This document shows, in pieces, positions 7,497 to 12,179 of a stretch of 12,179 bases of DNA. The stretch covers positions 1 to 12,179 of IMG/VR virus record IMGVR_UViG_3300033141_003953; one strand, 5' to 3'. Made by a program: the position numbers and the translations under genes. How positions within the stretch are numbered: position 1 is the first letter of the stretch; the number at the start of each line of letters is the position of its first letter. The notes under the pieces were generated by a model. That model was not told the DNA's origin, ran no database searches, and worked only from the letters and a program-made list of their open reading frames with translations. Source of the DNA: a virus.

Positions 7497-8352
7497 CTAT
7501 TACAAATGGAACATGGAAAGTTAGTGTTGTCGGTTGTCCATCTTCAATTATTTGAGCAAAGTTAGTCCCTCCTGTATAAGCCCCTGAAATAAATCTATCA
7601 TTTCTATTTGCTGGGTCGTGTGCTATTCCAGCTGAAAATATTTCTGATGGTGCTGTATTTTTAAACCATGCCTCTATAGTAAATCTTAAGATTTCTCCCT
7701 TTTTAAAATGTTGCACTTCTGATAGATTTATTTTAATTAAGGCTGTGTGGCTTTGCAGCTTCCACCAGTCCATATTCATTGCATGAAAATAAACTGATTG
7801 TCCGCTTCCTAATTCTGTTTCTGTTGTTCCATCGTAGTGTTTAGCTGTGACTGTTACATAAAAAGTCACATCTGCCTCATTATTTTCCAGATTTTGAACT
7901 CCTACTGGGACATTTATTATTAAATCTCCTTTGATGTTTTTTGGTGTGTTGAATGTTATATCAAAATCTTCATCTACTAATTTTGTAAAAGAGTTTGCAA
8001 TATCTCCACTTGCAATACCTGATTTTAACCACTCAGAGTAAATTGTTGGCACTGTTGTTACTAATGTCGCTCCACTTGTTCCTCTTGCTCCATAATAAAC
8101 ATCATATCCTACGCCATTCGCTATATCAAAATAATCATAGTTTATTAATTGTTTTCCCGGAGCAAATAATGGCTCTACAGGTCTAATACTTAATTTTTTT
8201 TTAGGAATTTCAGCGGGTTCTGGTTCTGAGAATTCAGCTGGCGGTAGGATTATTGGTGGCGGTTCTAATTTCTTTTTTTTAATTTCGTGCGGGTCTTCTT
8301 CTTCCAGTTCTGGTTCTCTTGCAAATAAATTTGTTCCAAAATTTAAAGCCAT
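7489..8352 (-). CDS. Hypothetical structural-looking protein, 287 aa
   Basis: An acidic, Pro-rich N-terminal linker (EPPPIILPPAEFSEPEPAEIPKKK) is followed by a beta-rich domain. Coupled to its neighbours by 8- and 10-nt overlaps. Confidence 0.6.
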   Translation of the reverse strand: MALNFGTNLFAREPELEEEDPHEIKKKKLEPPPIILPPAEFSEPEPAEIPKKKLSIRPVEPLFAPGKQLINYDYFDIANGVGYDVYYGARGTSGATLVTTVPTIYSEWLKSGIASGDIANSFTKLVDEDFDITFNTPKNIKGDLIINVPVGVQNLENNEADVTFYVTVTAKHYDGTTETELGSGQSVYFHAMNMDWWKLQSHTALIKINLSEVQHFKKGEILRFTIEAWFKNTAPSEIFSAGIAHDPANRNDRFISGAYTGGTNFAQIIEDGQPTTLTFHVPFVIDV

Positions 8353-8789
8353 CTTTTTATTGATAATTCTTTATTTAAATCAGGCAGTTTTCCCTGATTT
8401 CTTTCTGAAAATAAAACTGCATGACCTATATTTAATAATTCTTCATTTATGTTTATTCCCTGATGAATAATTTCTCCTAATATTCTTCCTCTCCTTCCTA
8501 CTCTTTGTTTATCTGGAATAATTTCAACTTTCGCTCCTGACAACCTCTTTTCCAGCCAGTTTCTTGCTTCTTTCCCCCCTTTTTCATTCATTTCTGGAGC
8601 CTGAATTTTTGACAGTCTTATTGGAAAATCAAAATCTCTCTCACTCCATCTTACTCTTATTGTATCTCCATCTATAATTTTTACTACTTCTGCCTGAAAA
8701 TTTTCTGTTATCTGCTTGTGCGGGCTGTCAAAATAATAAATCTGCATTTGGCTGTTTGTTAATTCAGGAAATTTGTTAAAATCATGCAT
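8343..8789 (-). CDS. Staphylococcal-nuclease (thermonuclease, SNase) homologue, 148 aa
   Basis: Aligns by eye to S. aureus nuclease: IDGDT = IDGDT; IRLSKIQAPE vs FRLLLVDTPE; KQRVGRRGRILGEI vs DKYGRGLAYIY; NEELLNIGHA vs NEALVRQGLA. Confidence 0.8.
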   Translation of the reverse strand: MHDFNKFPELTNSQMQIYYFDSPHKQITENFQAEVVKIIDGDTIRVRWSERDFDFPIRLSKIQAPEMNEKGGKEARNWLEKRLSGAKVEIIPDKQRVGRRGRILGEIIHQGININEELLNIGHAVLFSERNQGKLPDLNKELSIKRWL

Positions 8790-9168
8790 CGTCTATAAAA
8801 TCTGTTTGTTTTTTGTCTTTGAGTAATGATAACCCTCTTAATGCTCCGTCTCTTAATACAGTTATCATACTTTCGGCTTCTGCTCTGCTTGTATATCCAG
8901 ACATATCATAGTTAATGCAGTAAATTGCTGCTAAATTGCTGGCAATTTCACTTAATATGTGTTTTACATCTTCGTTTAATGTTGTATATGTGTCGCTGTA
9001 ATTTACTCTTGTCATAGTGTTTATGAATGCTTCTGCTTCATTAATCCACTGAGTTATTAATTCGTCTGGTGTCTGACCGTAGATTGTAGTTCCACCTGTT
9101 AGATTAGAATTTACGTTGCTTCCTGCTTTTACTAAAACAGCTCCGCTTGTTGTCATTATTGCTGCCAT
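8782..9168 (-). CDS. Possible head-tail adaptor (gp6-like connector), 128 aa
   Basis: A helical segment, PDELITQWINEAEAFINTMTRVNY, resembles the conserved N-terminal helix pair of gp6-like connector proteins. It lies directly downstream of the terminase. Function is low-confidence. Confidence 0.45.
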   Translation of the reverse strand: MAAIMTTSGAVLVKAGSNVNSNLTGGTTIYGQTPDELITQWINEAEAFINTMTRVNYSDTYTTLNEDVKHILSEIASNLAAIYCINYDMSGYTSRAEAESMITVLRDGALRGLSLLKDKKQTDFIDDA

Positions 9169-9175
9169 GATTTTT

Positions 9176-10447
9176 TTATGTTATCCATATATTTAAATGT
9201 TTGTCTTTTACACACCAGACAGCTCTTATAAGTGCTTCTGCAATATGTGTATAATTTCCAAAAATTTTTAATTTTCCGTCTTCAGTATATTCATATTGAA
9301 CTGATTTTAAACTATGAAAAATTTCCTCTCTGTTTAAAAAGCTAACTTTTTCTCTTTCCATAAGATTCAACAAATTATTGTATAAATCTTCTTTTAATAA
9401 TTTTTTCCGCCTTTTTTCTTCATTATCTAAACTTCTTCTGGAATTATTAATTGCTTCTACTTTTCTTTTTGTTTGTGGATGGTCCAGCAAACTATCAAAT
9501 ACTCCTACTCCTAATCCTCCATCATCAATATATATTCTTTTATAATTGTTTTTTTTATCTAAAGCAATAATTTCAGTTGTTATTTGGGTTAAAAGCATTT
9601 TAGTGAAAATTTGGCAGTCAAACATAATTAATTCGCCATTTCTTTTTCGTTCAACAGAACAAAAAACTGTTTCATCTCCGCCCATTCTTGCTATATCTAC
9701 TCCTAAAAATTTTTTATAATTTGGAGTATAGTTTTCAGGTGCTATCATTCTTTCTTTTATTAAGTTATCAGGAAAGAATTGTCTTAGTTCATCAACAAAT
9801 TCCCCAAGATATTCCTGTGCGAATTGTAATTTTGTCATCCTTTTCTTTTCTCTTTCTATATTTTCCATCATTCTTTCTTTCATATTTTTTGGTCTTATTT
9901 TTGCTACTTCTGGCGTAGATATGTGAAATTTTTTATAATTTTTATCCTGAAATGATTCATAGAAATAACCCTGTCTGCCAAATGGTGTGCTTAACAGCCA
10001 TATATCCCCACCTGTTGTTGCAAGCATAGGAGTTATTGCTGCCCAAACATCTTCGGGTATAAAGGCGGCTTCATCTACAATCAATAAATCTATTGTGTAT
10101 CCTCTTATTCCGTAACCTGATTCTCCGACTGGCAGGCAGTAAATTGTTGAATTGTTTTTTAATTGTAGTTTGTGTTTTGTTGGTCTGTCTTTTCCAGTTT
10201 TAATAATTTTTTTATCTTTATTATGGATATAGGACAATATTTTTTCAAAAAGAAGTTGTGCTTGTCTTTCAACTTTTGCAACCACCATAATTGTTTTTTC
10301 TGAATTTTTTATTGCGTATTCTCCTGCTTTCATAGAGATTATTGTAGATTTCCCGACTTGTCTCCCAGACCTTAAAGCGATATTTCCATTAGAATTTAAA
10401 ATTTCTTTTTGCCATTTGTCGAGTTTGAAATTAAATATGTTTTTCAT
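9176..10447 (-). CDS. terL: Terminase large subunit, 423 aa
   Basis: Walker A RSGRQVGKST; Walker B IDLLIVDEAAF; coupling motif LSTP; RNase-H-like nuclease acidic motifs LGVDIARMGGDETV and IYIDDGGLGVGV. Confidence 0.9.
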   Translation of the reverse strand: MKNIFNFKLDKWQKEILNSNGNIALRSGRQVGKSTIISMKAGEYAIKNSEKTIMVVAKVERQAQLLFEKILSYIHNKDKKIIKTGKDRPTKHKLQLKNNSTIYCLPVGESGYGIRGYTIDLLIVDEAAFIPEDVWAAITPMLATTGGDIWLLSTPFGRQGYFYESFQDKNYKKFHISTPEVAKIRPKNMKERMMENIEREKKRMTKLQFAQEYLGEFVDELRQFFPDNLIKERMIAPENYTPNYKKFLGVDIARMGGDETVFCSVERKRNGELIMFDCQIFTKMLLTQITTEIIALDKKNNYKRIYIDDGGLGVGVFDSLLDHPQTKRKVEAINNSRRSLDNEEKRRKKLLKEDLYNNLLNLMEREKVSFLNREEIFHSLKSVQYEYTEDGKLKIFGNYTHIAEALIRAVWCVKDKHLNIWIT

Positions 10448-10468
10448 AGTTTAGTGTTGTTTAGTAAG

Positions 10469-10476
10469 TTTATAAA
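10469..10476 (-). promoter_or_regulatory. TATA-like octamer TTTATAAA preceded by an A-run, 21 nt upstream of the terL ATG
   Basis: Read on the minus strand: ACAAAAAAATTTTATAAA + 21 nt + ATG. There is no Shine-Dalgarno. Confidence 0.4.
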
Positions 10477-10547
10477 ATTTTTTGTGGAGTTCTGAGTTAT
10501 ACAAAACACAGGAACGAACAATAATCGCTAATAACAATACACAAACA

Positions 10548-10573
10548 AGCGAGCGAGCGAAGCGAGCGAGCGA
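10548..10573. repeat. Tandem duplication of AGCGAGCGAGCGA
   Basis: The 13-mer occurs at 10548-10560 and again at 10561-10573. It is followed by the self-complementary GCGCGC-ACGAG-GCGCGC at 10576-10592. Confidence 0.9.
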
Positions 10574-10600
10574 TGGCGCGCACGAGGCGCGCAACACGGA

Positions 10601-10705
10601 ATGTAATGCGCGAACGTAGTGAGCGCGTATTGTTTTATGTAATGCGCGAACGTCTTTAGTAAATGTAATTTCGTGAGCGTGTATTGTTTTATGTAATCTG
10701 AACGT
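10601..10705. repeat. Iteron-like direct repeat array
   Basis: ATGTAAT occurs at 10601, 10637, 10663 and 10691. The 17-mer ATGTAATGCGCGAACGT is exact at 10601-10617 and 10637-10653. The 25-mer GTGAGCG(C/T)GTATTGTTTTATGTAAT occurs at 10619-10643 and 10673-10697 with one mismatch. Confidence 0.85.
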
Positions 10706-10793
10706 AGCGAAAGACTTATAATGTTTCGTTTGTTTCACTATACGCGGACGAAACTTTATATGTCTTTCTCTACGTGAGTATTTGTTTCACGTC

Positions 10794-10893
10794 GCATTAC
10801 AAAACATAAATTTTAAATACTTGGAACGCTTAGAATTTGCAAAGCAAATTCTAAGTTAATAATAGTGGAAAGTTTTAGGTTGTTTTGTAATGC
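10794..10893. repeat. Nested inverted repeats: 13-bp arms flanking a perfect 12-bp-stem hairpin
   Basis: GCATTACAAAACA (10794-10806) is the exact reverse complement of TGTTTTGTAATGC (10881-10893). Between them, CTTAGAATTTGC-AAA-GCAAATTCTAAG (10829-10855) forms a perfect hairpin. Confidence 0.9.
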
Positions 10894-10940
10894 AAAGAAA
10901 TTAGAAACATTTAAATAGTATGTTTTCTTGTCTCTCTTAT

Positions 10941-11066
10941 ATGCGCTTCGATACGAGTAAGTTTCTCGTCTATCAAAAGCCAGTGACAGAAGGCATAGCA
11001 GGGACGGTTCGTAACTATACTTCTTCACTGACTTTTTACGTAAAACGTTCTATACTTACTCTCTGA
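10941..11066 (+). CDS. Speculative 41-aa micro-ORF (MRFDTSKFLVYQKPVTEGIAGTVRNYTSSLTFYVKRSILTL)
   Basis: The ATG lies 23 nt downstream of a plus-strand TTTAAATA (10910-10917), and the ORF ends 17 nt before the 11084 ORF. No other support. Confidence 0.2.
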   Translation: MRFDTSKFLVYQKPVTEGIAGTVRNYTSSLTFYVKRSILTL

Positions 11067-11083
11067 AAAACACAGACAGAGAA

Positions 11084-11296
11084 ATGAAATACATAGAAAT
11101 AAAACAAATTGTGAAACTTCTAAACGGCAAGGACATTAAAATAGAAGGTGAAACTTTTTCTCTTAAATCTATGGCAGGATGGTATAAACTTAAAAGGAGA
11201 CATCACTGCATTTTAGAAGAAGGTGAGCAATTAGAAGAAGTGAAAGAAAAAGAAAGAATAGAAATGAATAAAAAATTAAATTTCTCCAGCCTTTAA
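11084..11296 (+). CDS. Hypothetical protein, 70 aa; the only plus-strand ORF of at least 60 aa that I accept
   Basis: ORF diverging from the non-coding region. Its 3' end overlaps the convergent minus-strand gene by 21 nt. No motif recognised. Confidence 0.45.
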   Translation: MKYIEIKQIVKLLNGKDIKIEGETFSLKSMAGWYKLKRRHHCILEEGEQLEEVKEKERIEMNKKLNFSSL

Positions 11297-11461
11297 CAAC
11301 ATTTCAAATATTTCCCTGCCTTTTTGTTCAGTTGAGTTTCTTTGATAAGCAAATTGTGCAAATAGTTTCTTTTTATCTATTTCCTTTCCTTCTTCCTGCA
11401 CCTTTCTGCATATCTGCTTCATCCACTCAACATTTTCTCTTCTTGATTTTGTTGTTCCCAT
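11276..11461 (-). CDS. Small protein, possible winged-helix/HTH DNA binder, 61 aa
   Basis: Short helical protein (KLFAQFAYQRNSTEQKGREIFEMLLKAGEI) typical in size and pattern of small viral wHTH regulators. Inference only. Confidence 0.45.
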   Translation of the reverse strand: MGTTKSRRENVEWMKQICRKVQEEGKEIDKKKLFAQFAYQRNSTEQKGREIFEMLLKAGEI

Positions 11462-11524
11462 TTTCTTAATTTAAACAGGGGGTATGGACGCATTTGAATA
11501 ATCCCCCCCTGTGAATATACAATT

Positions 11525-11944
11525 TCAATTAAAAGCTTCCTGTGCCTGCTTTACAACTTTGATAGATTCTGCCATTATTTTCTCATTACTTTCATCTAAA
11601 TCGAATAATCCTCTTATTACTGTAAATATTTCAGTTGCCAGCCCAACAGGGTCTTTAGGATATGTTTTCGCTTCAATAGAGCCATTCTGAGCCACTTTCT
11701 TTACTTCTTCAATATCATTACCCTCTATTTTCTCCATTTCTTTCATATCGAAGTATCCATCTTCGTTTATCTCTCCCTTTATCAATACTGCATCACCCGG
11801 CTTGTGATTTGTTGCGTGTTTTTTATCAAATGTAGAATAATTTTTCCCATTAACAATAAAAACCCATCTTGTGTATGGCTTTCCGTTTTTGCCGACTCCT
11901 GAACTCATATCAACTTTTTCAATAATTCCTTTTATTGTTTCCAT
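11525..11944 (-). CDS. OB-fold-like protein, possible ssDNA-binding protein, 139 aa
   Basis: The N-terminal ~70 residues have a beta-rich pattern (GKNGKPYTRWVFIVNGKNYSTFDKK...PGDAVLIKGEI) resembling small OB-fold SSBs, with an acidic/helical C-terminal tail. Preceded by a strong Shine-Dalgarno. Confidence 0.5.
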   Translation of the reverse strand: METIKGIIEKVDMSSGVGKNGKPYTRWVFIVNGKNYSTFDKKHATNHKPGDAVLIKGEINEDGYFDMKEMEKIEGNDIEEVKKVAQNGSIEAKTYPKDPVGLATEIFTVIRGLFDLDESNEKIMAESIKVVKQAQEAFN

Positions 11945-12065
11945 GTTTACCTCCTTTCATTTTCATTCGAATATTACAAAGGGGCTACTCGGAATTACGC
12001 TTTTATGAAGAGTAATGTAGACTACATTTTAGAACATCTTAGCAACCACTTCGCCCCTTTGACTA
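11945..12065. promoter_or_regulatory. Intergenic control region with nested palindromes
   Basis: CAAAGGGGC (11977-11985) pairs with GCCCCTTTG (12053-12061). A central palindrome, AATGTAG-A-CTACATT, lies at 12014-12028. Confidence 0.45.
11949..11956 (-). promoter_or_regulatory. Shine-Dalgarno AAGGAGGT, 4 nt before the ATG at 11944
   Basis: Read on the minus strand: TGAAAGGAGGTAAAC ATG. The 12-mer is the same as at 5303-5314. Confidence 0.6.
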
Positions 12066-12179
12066 TCATATTAATTTTTCTCCTGCATCTTTCTCAAGAT
12101 TAGCTTTTAATAACACTAACCCTCTTTTCCAATCTTCTCCCTTTGCATGTTTTTGTTCTTGCTCTAAATCTATAATTCT
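12066..12179. repeat. Right copy of exact 114-bp terminal direct repeat (re-presents the 3' end of the CDS at 1-225)
   Basis: Identical to 1-114. Confidence 0.95.

Larger units (their letters stand above)
10448..11083. promoter_or_regulatory. Major non-coding region: candidate replication origin and/or packaging recognition site with divergent promoters
   Basis: This is the only long stretch without a credible ORF. It is the switch point of gene orientation and contains a GC-rich island, iteron-like direct repeats and nested inverted repeats. Confidence 0.6.

Noticed and set aside
579-9918. Plus-strand ORFs antisense to minus-strand genes (579..821, 749..961, 962..1252, 1203..1532, 2740..2967, 5153..5356, 5235..5603, 5410..5709, 5685..6281, 6260..6445, 7995..8186, 9688..9918)
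   Set aside because: These are shadow ORFs with low-complexity Leu/Phe/Ser/Pro-rich translations. Each is fully embedded opposite a gene with much better coding evidence.
10548-10592. GC-rich island as an attP site matching a host tRNA or other integration target
   Set aside because: No integrase or recombinase is recognisable anywhere in the genome, and the island does not resemble a tRNA 3' half. This cannot be excluded without host-genome searches.
10601-10705. Possible mini-CRISPR array formed by the repeated ATGTAATGCGCGAACGT units
   Set aside because: The exact repeat is only 17 nt and occurs twice. Spacing is irregular (36, 26 and 28 nt between ATGTAAT starts), further copies are degenerate, and the sequence between copies is itself repeated. 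This fits iterons, not a repeat-spacer architecture.
10698-10713. Hammerhead-ribozyme-like CUGA...GAAA core (CTGAACGTAGCGAAAG)
   Set aside because: The conserved CUGANGA box is not satisfied (CUGAACG), and the flanking helices are not evident.
10451-10738. 95-aa minus-strand ORF from the track (MKQTKHYKSF...)
   Set aside because: Its peptide merely mirrors the DNA repeats (LHKTIHAH / LHKTIRAH / VRALH). It runs through the GC island and abuts terL with no start context. I treat the region as non-coding.
10995-11020. tRNA-like GGTTCG motif (GGGACGGTTCGTAAC)
   Set aside because: There is no complementary T-stem, and no acceptor or anticodon arms can be drawn around it.
10813-11028. 71-aa minus-strand ORF from the track
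   Set aside because: It spans the perfect hairpin and one inverted-repeat arm, has no RBS or TATA context, and has odd composition. It is probably a chance ORF in regulatory DNA.
11475-12065. Rho-independent terminator after the OB-fold gene (ACAGGGGG ... CCCCCTGT, 11475-11512)
   Set aside because: The 8-bp stem is real, but the loop is 22 nt and the trailing sequence is TTTAAATT rather than a clean T-run. It may be a protein-binding inverted repeat or a weak attenuator, so it is not called as a terminator.

Overview
This window is one complete unit of a small, visibly AT-rich, very gene-dense, virus-like dsDNA genome. Bases 1-114 recur exactly at 12066-12179, so the unique length is 12,065 bp. 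The molecule is therefore either circular or circularly permuted (assembly overlap), or it carries short direct terminal repeats. About 22 abutting or overlapping genes run on the minus strand. The only sizeable non-coding stretch (10448-11083, ~636 bp) lies immediately upstream of the large terminase gene. It holds a GC-rich island, iteron-like repeats and nested inverted repeats, and a short plus-strand unit diverges from it. Motifs I can recognise by eye: large terminase, portal, HK97-fold-like major capsid protein, DUF2190-like decoration protein, acidic scaffold candidate, head-tail adaptor candidate, staphylococcal-nuclease homologue, a 515-aa fibre/receptor-binding protein, an OB-fold protein, several tiny DNA-binding-looking proteins and four small membrane proteins. 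I see no DNA polymerase/primase/Rep, integrase, tail tube/sheath/tape measure, prohead protease, small terminase or endolysin. The main candidate for novelty is the element as a whole: a minimal head-tail-type virus or a capsid-encoding satellite. Its expression signals would fit an archaeal host but do not prove one: TATA-like octamers sit 20-21 nt before the ATG of operon-leading genes, and a strong Shine-Dalgarno occurs at only two genes. All functional calls rest on motif recognition by eye; no database search was run.
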